From Acidobacteriota bacterium (GTDB lineage Bacteria; Acidobacteriota; UBA890; WLXD01), in assembly GCA_963666055.2 (NCBI GenBank), contig CAXWPH010000015.1, positions 672,001 through 736,000 of the forward strand: a DNA stretch of 64,000 bases, in the 5' to 3' direction. Shown piece after piece: positions 30,345 through 40,530 of the stretch (its first letter is position 1; every line of letters begins with the position of its first letter). Position numbers and translations under genes: made by a program. The notes under the pieces are model-generated. The model had not been told where the DNA came from, made no database searches, and saw only the letters and a program-made list of their open reading frames with translations.

Positions 30345-32621
30345 ATGCGACTCGGTCGTGTTCTCGTATTCGCAGGATTGAGTGTCACCATATTAGCTTT
30401 GACGGTGGCAGCCCAGGATCGAAATCCACACGGAATGCCCATTGTCGGCTACGCCGATCGAATGACCGTGCAGCCGGGCGAGACCATCCGGTTCATGGTG
30501 AGCAGCCTCGCGTCGCAGTATCGCGCCGAAATCGTGCGGCTGATCCACAGCGACCCTAATCCCAACGGCCCGGGAATCAAGGAGGAGCCCGTCGAATCCA
30601 CCGTCAGCGGGCCATACCCGGGACAGTTTCAGCCGCTTCCGAACGGCTCCTACGTCACAGTGCCCGACGATCCGAGGCTGCGACCGAGCACCAGCTTCAC
30701 CATCCAGGCATGGATCTACGCCACCACACCGGACAAAGGACAGCAGGGGATCGTCACCAAATGGTCGGCGGCCGACGGCGCCGGCTACGGTCTCGGGCTC
30801 GACGAGTCCGGGCAGCTGGCGCTTTGGATGAGCGACGGAGCCGGGCAGCTGGCCGCGGTGAACAGCGGAGCGCCGCTGGCACAGTCGTATCCGCGCTCCG
30901 ATCCCCCCGGCTACAACCTCACCACGCTGCCGCCGCGCGCCACCACCTGGTACTTCGTCGCCGCCTCGTTCGACGCTGATGCCGGCAAGATCACGCTCTA
31001 CCAAGAGCCGGCCAGCTGGTGGCCTGGCGACGCCTCGCGGAAAATCGTGGAGCACGCCACGGACGTTCGATCCGTTCATCACACCGAGGCTCCCCTGCTC
31101 ATCGCCGCAGGGTGGAATCGCTGGACCGCGGAGGACCCCACACCAGGCGGGTTCTTCAACGGCAAGATCGACAGCCCACGTCTGTTCGACCGTGCCTTGA
31201 GCGCTGATGAGATTGCGGCGCTCAGGCAGGGCTCGGCTCCCGTGCGGCCGACTGCCGCATGGAATTTCGCCGCCGATATGTCGTCACGCCGGATTGCCGA
31301 CGGCTCGTCCAACGGCGTCCATGGCACGACCGTGAACATGCCCACACGAGCTGTTACCGGCCATAACTGGAGCGGCGACGAGGTCGACTTCAAGCGTGCT
31401 CCCGAGCAATACGCCGCCATCCACTTCCATGATGACGACATGGACGACGCCAAGTGGGACGTCGCCTTCGAATACACCGTGCCCGAGGGACTACGCAGCG
31501 GCGTCTATGCGGCCCGTCTACGCGCCGGCGACGCCGAAGACTCGGTACCGTTCTTCGTGCGACCCAAGAAGGGCACCCACAACGCCGCGATCGCGCTGCT
31601 GATTCCGACCTTCAGCTACCTGGCGTATGCGAACAGCTTTGACCCCACTACGCCAGAGCTACGCGGCCAATACGACCACCACTCCGACGGCAGCGGCGTG
31701 GCCTACTCCTCGGTGCTTCGACCGAAGCTCGACATTCGCCCGAACGTCCCTTCGAACAACCCGTGGGAGTTCATCGCCGACATGCATCTGGTTGACTGGC
31801 TCGAGGCGAAGGAATTCGCATACGACGTCATCACCGACCATGCGCTGCACGCCGAAGGCCGCGAGCTGTTAGACCCGTATCGGGTGGTGGTCACCGGAAC
31901 GCACCCGGAGTACTACTCGCTGCAGATGCTCGACGCCGTGGACGAGTATCTGCAGGCCGGTGGACGCATCATGTACATGGGCGGCAACGGCTTCTACTGG
32001 ATCACCAGCCTGGACCCTGGATATCCGCATACCACAGAGCTGCGCCGCTCGGGCGGAACGCAGTATTGGGAGGCGCAGCCGGGCGAGTACTACCACAGCA
32101 CCACCGGCGAGATGGGTGGCCTCTGGCGCAATCGTGGGCGCGCCCCACAACGGCTCGTTGGGGTCGGCTTCACAGCTCAGGGCTTCGACGTCAACTCGCC
32201 CTATCGACGGCTGCCGGACAGCTTCGACCCGCGGGCCGCATTCATCTTCGAGGGCATCGGCCCCGAGGAGATGATCGGCAACTTCCCTTCCCTGGTACTC
32301 AGCTTCGGCGCCGCCGGCTCGGAGCTCGATCGCGCCGACCATTTCCTCGGCACGCCGTCGCACGCGCTGCTGCTGGCGACCTCAGCGGGCAGGCACTCCG
32401 ATGAGTACCAACACGTCGTGGAGGAGGTGCAAACGTCCAACCAGGGTCCATGGGACGAGATGGTGCGTGCCGACATGGTCTATTTCGAGTATCCGAACAA
32501 CGGCGCGGTGTGGACTTCGGCGTCGATCGCCTGGTCCGGCAGCCTCTCCTATGACAACTACGACAACAACGTCTCGCGCATCACCGAGAACGTGCTGCGG
32601 AGGTTCGCCTCGGAGTGGTAG
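30345..32621 (+). CDS. N,N-dimethylformamidase large-subunit family protein with LamG insert and signal peptide
   Basis: AAIHFHDDD, SGVYAARL, PFFVRP, TFSYLAYAN, YDHHSDGSG, GTHPEYYS, MYMGGNGFYW, GGLWRNRGRAPQ; RBS GGAGG before ATG 30345. Confidence 0.9.
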   Translation: MRLGRVLVFAGLSVTILALTVAAQDRNPHGMPIVGYADRMTVQPGETIRFMVSSLASQYRAEIVRLIHSDPNPNGPGIKEEPVESTVSGPYPGQFQPLPNGSYVTVPDDPRLRPSTSFTIQAWIYATTPDKGQQGIVTKWSAADGAGYGLGLDESGQLALWMSDGAGQLAAVNSGAPLAQSYPRSDPPGYNLTTLPPRATTWYFVAASFDADAGKITLYQEPASWWPGDASRKIVEHATDVRSVHHTEAPLLIAAGWNRWTAEDPTPGGFFNGKIDSPRLFDRALSADEIAALRQGSAPVRPTAAWNFAADMSSRRIADGSSNGVHGTTVNMPTRAVTGHNWSGDEVDFKRAPEQYAAIHFHDDDMDDAKWDVAFEYTVPEGLRSGVYAARLRAGDAEDSVPFFVRPKKGTHNAAIALLIPTFSYLAYANSFDPTTPELRGQYDHHSDGSGVAYSSVLRPKLDIRPNVPSNNPWEFIADMHLVDWLEAKEFAYDVITDHALHAEGRELLDPYRVVVTGTHPEYYSLQMLDAVDEYLQAGGRIMYMGGNGFYWITSLDPGYPHTTELRRSGGTQYWEAQPGEYYHSTTGEMGGLWRNRGRAPQRLVGVGFTAQGFDVNSPYRRLPDSFDPRAAFIFEGIGPEEMIGNFPSLVLSFGAAGSELDRADHFLGTPSHALLLATSAGRHSDEYQHVVEEVQTSNQGPWDEMVRADMVYFEYPNNGAVWTSASIAWSGSLSYDNYDNNVSRITENVLRRFASEW

Positions 32622-33438
32622 TCGGCTGATTCGCATCGGCTCGGGACGGCAGCTCGCGGACCCAGATGTTGCGGAAGCTCACCGGATTACGGTGATCCTG
32701 GAGCTGTATCGGTTCCCGCGCCGAATGCGGCTCGTAGGCCGGCTCGCCGACGAACACGCTCGATCCCCGCAAGGTGACGTGATGCTGCACCAGCACTCCG
32801 TTGTGCAGAACGGTCATGGTGGCGGGGCTCTCTACCTCTCCTGCGGCGCCAAACCGCGGCGCCTCGAAGAGGATGTCATACGTCTGCCACTGTCCCGGAG
32901 CACGCGAGGCGTTCACCTGCGGGATGTGCTGCTTGTAGATGCTCGCGGCTTGGCCGTTCGAGTAGGTGCGGTTGTTGAATGAGTCGAGCACCTGCACTTC
33001 GTAGCGATTCATCAGAAACACGCCGCTGTTGCCGCGACCCTGGCCCTCGCCCTCGATAACGTCCGGCGTGCGCCATTCGACATGTAGCTGAACGTCGCCG
33101 AAGCCCTGCCGTGTGTACAGGTTCCCGGCGCCGGGAGCCACGGTCATCACCCCGTCGTGAACCTCCCAGGCCGCGTCGCCGTCGGCATGACGCCAAGCAT
33201 CCAGGCCGGTCCCGTCGAACAGGATTATGGCGTCGGCGGGCGGCACGCCCGCCCCGCCCGGATCGACCGTTCGCGGCTCCGGGTCCCACACCTCGGTGAG
33301 CGCCGGATCGCCCTCTTGTTGCGCTGTCGCCGACGCCGTGACGGCGGTGCCGATAGCCAACGTCAAGATGATCGCCGCCCACAAACCAACCTGCCCCGCA
33401 ACCGCCCAGCTGCGATTCGGCGCGCGCGCGTACTTCAT
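32581..33438 (-). CDS. DUF1080 (3-keto-disaccharide hydrolase family) secreted protein
   Basis: [58 protein letters not shown]. Confidence 0.9.
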   Translation of the reverse strand: MKYARAPNRSWAVAGQVGLWAAIILTLAIGTAVTASATAQQEGDPALTEVWDPEPRTVDPGGAGVPPADAIILFDGTGLDAWRHADGDAAWEVHDGVMTVAPGAGNLYTRQGFGDVQLHVEWRTPDVIEGEGQGRGNSGVFLMNRYEVQVLDSFNNRTYSNGQAASIYKQHIPQVNASRAPGQWQTYDILFEAPRFGAAGEVESPATMTVLHNGVLVQHHVTLRGSSVFVGEPAYEPHSAREPIQLQDHRNPVSFRNIWVRELPSRADANQPTTTPRRTSAARSR

Positions 33439-33474
33439 GCCAGCTCTCCCTCCCTGTTTCGCAGGCGCGGGCGC

Positions 33475-35247
33475 TCAGCGCATGCTCGGCTGCTGCCCAC
33501 CGCTCACCGCTGCGATACGCCCGGGTTCCTCGCCAGCATCCTGAACCGGGTCTGCGGGTAACTCCCGCGGCAGGCGTATCTCGGCAACCATCTGCTGCAC
33601 TCGCGCCGAGGGCGGCGGGGTCAGCTGGCTGACCACCAGCGTGACGATGAAGTTGATCAACATGCCGACCGCGCCGATCCCTTCGGGACTGATTCCGAAC
33701 CACCACTCATCAGCCCCGGCGCCCGGATTGATGGAGCGGAAGTAAATGATGTAGCTAGCGGTGAACAGCACACCGCTGAGCATGCCGGCAATCGCGCCCT
33801 GCTTGTTGACGCGTTTGTTGAAGATTCCCAGAACGAGAATAGGAAAGAAGCTGGCGGCGGCGAGCCCGAAGGCAAACGCTACCACTTGAGCTACGAACCC
33901 CAGCGGGTAAATCCCGAAGAAACCCGCCACCACAACGGCAGCGCCGGCGGCCACACGCGCCAGCCGAAGCTCGTTGCGCTCGCTGAGGTCGGGCTTGAAG
34001 ATCGATTTGACCAGGTCGTGGGAAAGCGATGAGGAGATCACCAGCAGCAAGCCGGCGGCGGTAGAGAGGGCAGCCGCCAGCGCGCCGGCCACCACGAGCG
34101 CCACGACCCAGTTAGGTAACCGCGCGATCTCCGGATTGGCGAGCACGATGATGTCGCGATCTATGGTCAGCTCATTGATCGCCGGGTCGCCTGAGTAGAG
34201 AATCCGGCCGTCGCCGTTCTTGTCGTCGAACTCGAGCAGCCCAGTAGCCTCCCAGTTGGTGAACCACACGGGCGCCTCGGCGTAACGGGTGCCGTTGAGC
34301 GTGTCGATCATGTTGAAGCGCGCGAACGCGGCGACCGCCGGGGCGGTCGTATACAGGACGGCGATAAAGACGAGGGCCCACATTGCGCTCCAGCGCGCCG
34401 CTCGAGCGCTTCGCACCGTATAGAACCGAATCAGCACATGCGGCAGCCCCGCCGTGCCGACCATCAGCGCCAGCGTGATCGCGGTGACGTCGATCATCGT
34501 CTTCTTGCCGCCGACCCAGGCCGCAGTGTACTCGGGCAAGCCGAGGTCGCGATGGATCTCGTCGAGCGCCTCGAGCAGATAGCGACCGGCATTGCTGCCC
34601 TCGACCAGAACGCCGCCGAACCCCAGCTGTGGAATCGGGTTGCCGGTCATCTTCCACGAGATTGCGATCGCCGGGATCAGGTAGGCAATGATCAGCACGA
34701 CGTACTGCGCCACCTGGGTGTAGGTGATACCACGCATGCCGCCCAGGGTGGCGTAGATGAAGACCAGCGCCATACCCATCAGCACGCCCTGCTCGATCGG
34801 CACTTCCAGGAAGCGTGAGAAGACGATTCCCACACCACGCATCTGCCCAGCCACGTACAGGAACGAGATGAAGACGGCGCAGAACACCGCAATCACTCGT
34901 GCCACCTGTGATTCGTATCGCTCGCCGACGAACTCCGGCACGGTGAACTTGCCGAACTTGCGCAGGTAAGGGGCAAGCAACAGCGCCAGAAGCACGTAGC
35001 CGCCGGTCCATCCCATCAAGTACACCGCGCCGGTGTAACCCATGAAGGAGATCAGCCCCGCCATCGAGATGAACGAGGCGGCGCTCATCCAGTCGGCGCC
35101 GGTGGCCATGCCATTGGCGATCGCCGGAACCCCCTGCCCGGCGATGTAGAAGCCCTTGGTGGTTCGCGCGCGGCTCCAGATCGCGATTCCGATGTACAGA
35201 CTGAAGGTCACCCCGACCATGACATAGGTCCACGCGAGCACGCTCAT
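33475..35247 (-). CDS. actP: Sodium:solute symporter, cation/acetate (ActP-like) subfamily
   Basis: GMATGADWMSAASFISMAG, GWTGGYVLLA, VGTAGLPHV, AALSTAAGLL; paired with a DUF4212 gene. Confidence 0.85.
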   Translation of the reverse strand: MSVLAWTYVMVGVTFSLYIGIAIWSRARTTKGFYIAGQGVPAIANGMATGADWMSAASFISMAGLISFMGYTGAVYLMGWTGGYVLLALLLAPYLRKFGKFTVPEFVGERYESQVARVIAVFCAVFISFLYVAGQMRGVGIVFSRFLEVPIEQGVLMGMALVFIYATLGGMRGITYTQVAQYVVLIIAYLIPAIAISWKMTGNPIPQLGFGGVLVEGSNAGRYLLEALDEIHRDLGLPEYTAAWVGGKKTMIDVTAITLALMVGTAGLPHVLIRFYTVRSARAARWSAMWALVFIAVLYTTAPAVAAFARFNMIDTLNGTRYAEAPVWFTNWEATGLLEFDDKNGDGRILYSGDPAINELTIDRDIIVLANPEIARLPNWVVALVVAGALAAALSTAAGLLLVISSSLSHDLVKSIFKPDLSERNELRLARVAAGAAVVVAGFFGIYPLGFVAQVVAFAFGLAAASFFPILVLGIFNKRVNKQGAIAGMLSGVLFTASYIIYFRSINPGAGADEWWFGISPEGIGAVGMLINFIVTLVVSQLTPPPSARVQQMVAEIRLPRELPADPVQDAGEEPGRIAAVSGGQQPSMR

Positions 35248-35325
35248 CGGCGCCTCAACGGATCCTCAGATGCACCAACAGACCGTTCGACGATTGCCCG
35301 GCGCGGCGGCGAGCATGTCGCCTTC

Positions 35326-35583
35326 TCAATCAACGCCGAAGCGCTCCGCCATGCGATCCGCGAGGCGAGCGTATGCCCAGATCAGGATGATAAAGACGTA
35401 GATTGAGCCCTGATGGGCGAACCAGAAGCCGAGCGGAAAGCCCCCGAGCCGGACCGCGTTCAACGGCTCGACGAAGAAGATCCCGAGCCCGTAAGACACC
35501 AGGGCCCATACGCACAACAGGCGGGCGACGAGTCGCAAGTTGGCGCGCCAGTAGCCATCAGGATCTGCTCTGGAAGAAGACAT
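35326..35583 (-). CDS. DUF4212 small membrane subunit of solute symporter
   Basis: YWRANL...GFPLGFWFAHQGSIYVF; directly upstream of the ActP-type gene. Confidence 0.9.
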   Translation of the reverse strand: MSSSRADPDGYWRANLRLVARLLCVWALVSYGLGIFFVEPLNAVRLGGFPLGFWFAHQGSIYVFIILIWAYARLADRMAERFGVD

Positions 35584-35620
35584 GCCGGCCCATGGGACAA
35601 CACTTCCCGCGACGAGTCAA

Positions 35621-36079
35621 TCAGCGCTGCGGCAGGAACGTACCGTTGCTCAACGACCATACGTAGGCGGCCAGGGCATCGTAGTCCTCCCACTCCGGGT
35701 CCATCCCGCCGCCGGGATTCATCTCGAACCTACGACTCGGTTCGGCAAAATCACCCCGCCGCACGCCCCAGAAGATGGTGTCTCGAATGCCCTCCAGATC
35801 GCCCTCCGATTGTAGCCAGGTATCGTCAGCGAGATCCGGCGCCCAGCGGCCGCCGCTACCACCATCACCGTGGCAACGAGCGCAGGAACCTTCGCTGAAC
35901 AACTTCTCGCCGCTCTCCAGTAGTGCGGCCCAACGGCGCGCCTGATCGCGCTCCATCCATGCCCGCACGGCGGCCGGAAGCTCGACCTGCTCCTGCGCAT
36001 CAACCACACGGTCGGGGTATAGCGACCCGACCACCAGCGTCACTAGCAAGACCACCCGGAAACTACACGCCACTCTCAT
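35621..36079 (-). CDS. Monoheme c-type cytochrome
   Basis: CARCH heme motif, APDLADDTWL, distal Met (FEMNP), N-terminal hydrophobic signal. Confidence 0.85.
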   Translation of the reverse strand: MRVACSFRVVLLVTLVVGSLYPDRVVDAQEQVELPAAVRAWMERDQARRWAALLESGEKLFSEGSCARCHGDGGSGGRWAPDLADDTWLQSEGDLEGIRDTIFWGVRRGDFAEPSRRFEMNPGGGMDPEWEDYDALAAYVWSLSNGTFLPQR

Positions 36080-36261
36080 GGCACCCCCCCTGAGTCCGTT
36101 TGTCGAAAACCTGACGGTACCGGCTTCGGGCGCTCCAAGGGTGGCGCTCGAGCAAGACATCTGTGCGCTTGCGGTGAGGCAATTGTCAGGAAGATATCAG
36201 AACGCGGCGAGCGTCCTCGCCGGTCGTTGTCGCGTTGCGCAAGTACGCATACCGTGGATGG

Positions 36262-37850
36262 ATGGCACCGACTATTCGATCCAACTCGACAACGACTTTG
36301 ACTGTGGTCTGTCTTGGCACAGCGGTGGCTCTCATCGCCGCCCTGGGCTACGAGGCGGTGACCGCCGCAAGGGCTCAGAGGGAAACCGTCGAGAGCGTGC
36401 TGCGCGACTACGCCGAACTGGCCGCCGAGCAGTACGCGAGCAGCGTGTCGATGGCCCTGGATTACGAGTGGTTCTATCCCGTGTTCCGCGTTCTCAGCGT
36501 CGATGCGGACGGACTCCACGCTCCGGGCGCGGACGAAATGATCGAGACGCAGACGGGTCGACAGCGGCTGGGTGACCTGGCGGCAGGGCTATTCCTGGTG
36601 GAACTGAAGAGCGGCGCAATCGTGCAACCGGACAACTGGCCGTCGGCCGCCCTGGACCAGAGACTCGAGGACGCGGCTCAGCACCATGCCCTGGTGGCCA
36701 GCGATCGCGGCTGGCCGGTAACGATGGGGGTCGTCGGGGGCAGTCAAGCGCAAGTGTTCCTGGTGCTCCGGACCCTTGGCGAGCCGAGCGCGATCTCTGG
36801 ATTCACCGCACCGCTTTCCGCACTGGGCCACGTACTCGGCTCGACGCTGCGAGCCGACCGGGTTCTTCCCAGCAGCCTCACCGACAAGGTCCCCGCTGAG
36901 GAGCTCGTAGCGATTCGGATCTCCGCGCCTGACGGCAACCTGCTGTTCGAAGCCGGTCCGGTGTTCGATCCGACTTTCGCGGCAACGACAACGTTGGGCC
37001 CACGGCTCGCCGACCTGCGGCTGGAGGCCGCCATCCCGCCCGATGCGGCGCCTCGGTTGGTGATCGGTGGATTGCCGCGATCGCGACTTCCCACGGTAGT
37101 TGCCATGTTGACCATCGCAGTTGGGCTCCTCGGGCGAGCGTGTTGCTGTCGCGGCGCGAGCGCGAGCTCGTGCGAATGCGCGAGCACTTTGTCGCCGGTG
37201 CTTCGCACGAGCTGCGAACACCTTTGGCACAGATCCGGATGTTTGCCGAGACGTTGCGCCTTGATCGCGTTCGTAGCAGCGAAGAACGACAGCGCTCCGT
37301 CGAGATCCTAGATCGCGAGGCCCGACGGCGATGCTATCTGGTCGAGAACCTCTTGCAATTCTCGCGCACTGGGAACGGCCAACAGAGCACCGCGATGGAA
37401 CGCGTTGACCTGAGATCCTTGAGCCTGGAGGTAATCGAGGGGTTTCGCCCACTGGCCGCTGCCCGCGGCGCCAGCGTCGCGCTCGAGGCACCGTCACCGG
37501 TTATGGCGCACGCCGATCGGGACATGGTGCGCCAGGTCCTGCTGAACCTGCTGGACAACGCCACGAAGTACGGACCGGCGGGCCAGCGCGTCACCGTCTC
37601 TGCGCACAAGGACGACGACTCTAGCGCCCTTCTGACGGTCGACGACGAGGGCCCTGGCGTGGCGGCGGCGCACCGACCGCTCGTCTGGGGTCGGTTCTGG
37701 CGCGGCCCTGACACCGGCAACACCACCGGGACGGGTATCGGCCTGGCCTTGGTAAAGGAGCTCGTGATGTTGAACAAGGGTGGCGTCGACATACAGCAGG
37801 CGCCAAGCGGCGGGGCTCGCTTCACAGTCACGCTACCAGGGGTCGACTAG
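36262..37850 (+). pseudogene. Membrane sensor histidine kinase, frameshifted at ~37132-37135
   Basis: N-terminal TM-periplasm-TM part in one frame; H-box SHELRTPL, NLLDNATKY, DEGPG and GTGIGL in another. One extra G in the GGG run restores GLLGASVLLSRRE. Confidence 0.8.
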
Positions 37851-37856
37851 CAGGCC

Positions 37857-38549
37857 GTGGCACGCGTGCTGGTGGTCGAAGACAACGCCGACCTGGCGTA
37901 CGGACTACGAAACAACCTCGAGATCGAGGGCTACGAGGTGGACGTTGCCGAGGATGGCGAGGCCGGGCTGCGCCTGGCGCGTCGCACCGGTTTCGACGCT
38001 CCTGATCTGATCATCCTGGATGTGATGCTCCCCAAGCTCGACGGGTTCCGCGTGCTGCGCACGCTCCGCAACGAGAACAATTCGGTCCCAATCCTGCTGC
38101 TTACAGCGCGCGGTGAAGAGTCCGATGTAGTCCGGGGACTGCGACTCGGGGCAGATGACTACGTCACCAAGCCCTTCGGGATTCTCGAGCTGCTGGCGCG
38201 GGTGGAAGCGTTGCTGCGACGCGCCGAAACAGCCGCGGAGCCTGCTCGGATCCAGGGTTACGGCGACATTCGCATCGACCTGGCGGCGAGAACCGTCGAG
38301 CGCGACGACCGAAAAGTATCGCTGACACCGAAGGAATTCGACTTGCTGGTGGCGTTGCTTCGCCGGCAGGGGGCGGCGGCATCGAGAGCCGAGCTGATCC
38401 GGGAGGTGTGGGGGTACCCGGCGTCGGTCGTGACGCGTACCGTCGATACGCACATCGCGGAGCTCCGAGCCAAGCTCGAGGCCAATGCCTCGGCGCCGCG
38501 ATACATTCTCACGGTGCCGAGGATCGGCTATCGGCTGGCACCTGAGTAG
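37857..38549 (+). CDS. OmpR/PhoB-family response regulator
   Basis: LVVEDN, LDVMLP, LLTA, GADDYVTKPF, RTVDTHIAELR, TVPRIGYR. Confidence 0.95.
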   Translation: MARVLVVEDNADLAYGLRNNLEIEGYEVDVAEDGEAGLRLARRTGFDAPDLIILDVMLPKLDGFRVLRTLRNENNSVPILLLTARGEESDVVRGLRLGADDYVTKPFGILELLARVEALLRRAETAAEPARIQGYGDIRIDLAARTVERDDRKVSLTPKEFDLLVALLRRQGAAASRAELIREVWGYPASVVTRTVDTHIAELRAKLEANASAPRYILTVPRIGYRLAPE

Positions 38550-38592
38550 CTCTTCGAAGGCCGGCGCTTGCAGAGCAGCGCATGCAGGAGTC

Positions 38593-38612
38593 CTTCCACC
38601 ACGGCCTGCCAG
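38593..38612. repeat. Isolated family A TIR remnant
   Basis: CTTCCACCACGGCCTGCCAG matches 11141-11160 at 19/20. Confidence 0.6.
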
Positions 38613-38732
38613 GAAGACTATCTGGCGAGCTCCCTCAGCATCGCGATCGCCACCGCCGCAGCATTGCGCGCCGCCAGCCAACCGAAGCTTGCGTAACGGT
38701 TCGGGCCGTGGCGGCCGCCGGCCAGATCCGAC

Positions 38733-38837
38733 ACGCCTCGTCGACGATGCCCACTGCATCGCCTTCCTCGCCGCGCCTTGATCTCACCCGCAAATCCCAT
38801 CTGCGATATGCAACGATCATCTGTTACAGGCCACTAG
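38733..38837. mobile_element. Truncated MITE-like family C element
   Basis: End CTAGTGGCCTGTAACAGATGATC (minus strand) shared with 10718-10751; contains the core CAAGG-N12-GGCGATG-N7-CATCGT. Left boundary approximate. Confidence 0.65.
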
Positions 38838-39364
38838 TGGCCGCCAGCGCCGCGACTGCCCAGACTCGCTTCCTTGACCTCTTGGACCAAGGCTTGGAAG
38901 AGAATGCCGATGTCCTTGCTGGCCCGGCGAAGCCGCTGCGAAACGATCTTGCCGAGGCGCCGGTAGACGACCACGGCGTGCTCGGGGAACGCATCGGCGA
39001 ACCGTTCGAACGACTCTCGATCGAGCTCGAGCAACTGGCAGTCGGTATCGGCGATCGCGGTTGCCGAGCGCAGCTGCGAGTCGAACAGCGCCAACTCTCC
39101 GAAGCACGCCTGCTCCTCACTCAGCGTCGCAACGGTGTATTGGTCGCCTGCCGGTGTCTTGGTATCGATTCGCACGGTACCGCTCAACATCATCAGCATC
39201 GAGTCTCCGCTGTCGCCTTCTCTTAGGATGATGCTGCCCGATCGGAAGCTGACTGCCCGAAAGCACTCGGAAAGGAACGCCACGGCGCGCTCGTCGGTAC
39301 TCAGAAAGCTGAAGAGCTCCGACGATCGAATGCAATCGGCGACCCCGGCTGGTTGGGTAGTCAT
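38834..39364 (-). CDS. Stand-alone cyclic nucleotide-binding domain protein
   Basis: ILREGDSGDS, GTVRI, FGELALFDSQLRSATA phosphate-binding cassette; no HTH. Confidence 0.88.
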   Translation of the reverse strand: MTTQPAGVADCIRSSELFSFLSTDERAVAFLSECFRAVSFRSGSIILREGDSGDSMLMMLSGTVRIDTKTPAGDQYTVATLSEEQACFGELALFDSQLRSATAIADTDCQLLELDRESFERFADAFPEHAVVVYRRLGKIVSQRLRRASKDIGILFQALVQEVKEASLGSRGAGGH

Positions 39365-40530
39365 GCGCCCTCGGCTCTCAAGTCCGGCTCGACGATGGGG
39401 CCCCTCTGGATGAGGATCGCCAGGCTGTGGCGGGGGATAACGTAGTCGTCGGCGGGATTGAGCACGGGCACATTGGGTTCCACATGCTTTACGCGACGCA
39501 GGTTCTCCACCAGCTGGGAGACATCAGGCGTGCGCTGCGCTTCGCGCAAGGCCTCGCGTTTGCGCTGCTGAACGTTGCCGGTGTTCTCGACCAGCCCGAC
39601 CAGGAGCGATCCATCGGCATCGACATAGTGTTTCCGCAGCTCGCGGAACGGGCGACCGACGAACTCTGGCGAGAAGGACGCAGTGATCAGCCCACCGCCC
39701 GACTCTCCCGTCATCAAGGCGTAGAAGATGCCGGAAATTCCCGTGCCCACGGCTGCGTTGGCCAGCAACACGCGTGAGTTGTGCTGCGTAAGGATCATCT
39801 CATCGGCCCCGGCAGCCTCGAGCTGCTTCTGGTACTTGGGATCGAGCAACTCGGCGCAGATGTAGGCCTCCGGCGCCAGCTCGGCGACGGTGATCACGGT
39901 CATTACCGTGCGCGCGTCAGCCTCGGCTGGAGAGTGAGCCCCGGTGTCGTCGGCAAGAATCAGAATGCGGCGGGCGTGGCTGACGTTGGCGCGCGCCAGC
40001 ACCGCGTCCTCCAGTGGATCACCGCTGACGAAGTGCAGCTGTCGAAAGTCGGCCTGACTTCGGACGGCCTCCACCTTGGCCGGGTCTACCGCAGCGATGA
40101 GCACGAACTGCTCGGACCCGAGTGACGGGTCGATCGCCACCAGGTCGCGAAGCAGCGCGTCCAGGGCCACCTTCCATCCGCAGATCACGAAGTGGTTCTT
40201 CAGCTGCGATAGATCCGTCATTCCTCGTCCTTCCCTCAAACTGCGCTCCACCCGCGTTGACGCGATCCGACCCGTCAGCAACGCCGCGAGCACTACGCCG
40301 GCGAAAGCCAGACCGATACCGATGACGCGTCCGGCGAGGGTGGCCGGCACGCGATCACCATACCCGACCGTCGTCAGGGTAACGAACGCCCACCAGACGG
40401 CATCCGACATCGATCGCAGGTCAGCGTTTACATCGCGCTCGACCCACATCGCCGCGGCCCCGCCGACCAGGGCGGTGGCGACGATCGCCACGGCGATACG
40501 AAGGATTCCGGACTGAAGCAGATAGGTCAT
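39361..40530 (-). CDS. Potassium channel (2TM pore + RCK domains)
   Basis: WWAFVTLTTVGYGD selectivity filter; NHFVICGW RCK start; ADARTVM, ICAELL. Confidence 0.92.
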   Translation of the reverse strand: MTYLLQSGILRIAVAIVATALVGGAAAMWVERDVNADLRSMSDAVWWAFVTLTTVGYGDRVPATLAGRVIGIGLAFAGVVLAALLTGRIASTRVERSLREGRGMTDLSQLKNHFVICGWKVALDALLRDLVAIDPSLGSEQFVLIAAVDPAKVEAVRSQADFRQLHFVSGDPLEDAVLARANVSHARRILILADDTGAHSPAEADARTVMTVITVAELAPEAYICAELLDPKYQKQLEAAGADEMILTQHNSRVLLANAAVGTGISGIFYALMTGESGGGLITASFSPEFVGRPFRELRKHYVDADGSLLVGLVENTGNVQQRKREALREAQRTPDVSQLVENLRRVKHVEPNVPVLNPADDYVIPRHSLAILIQRGPIVEPDLRAEGA

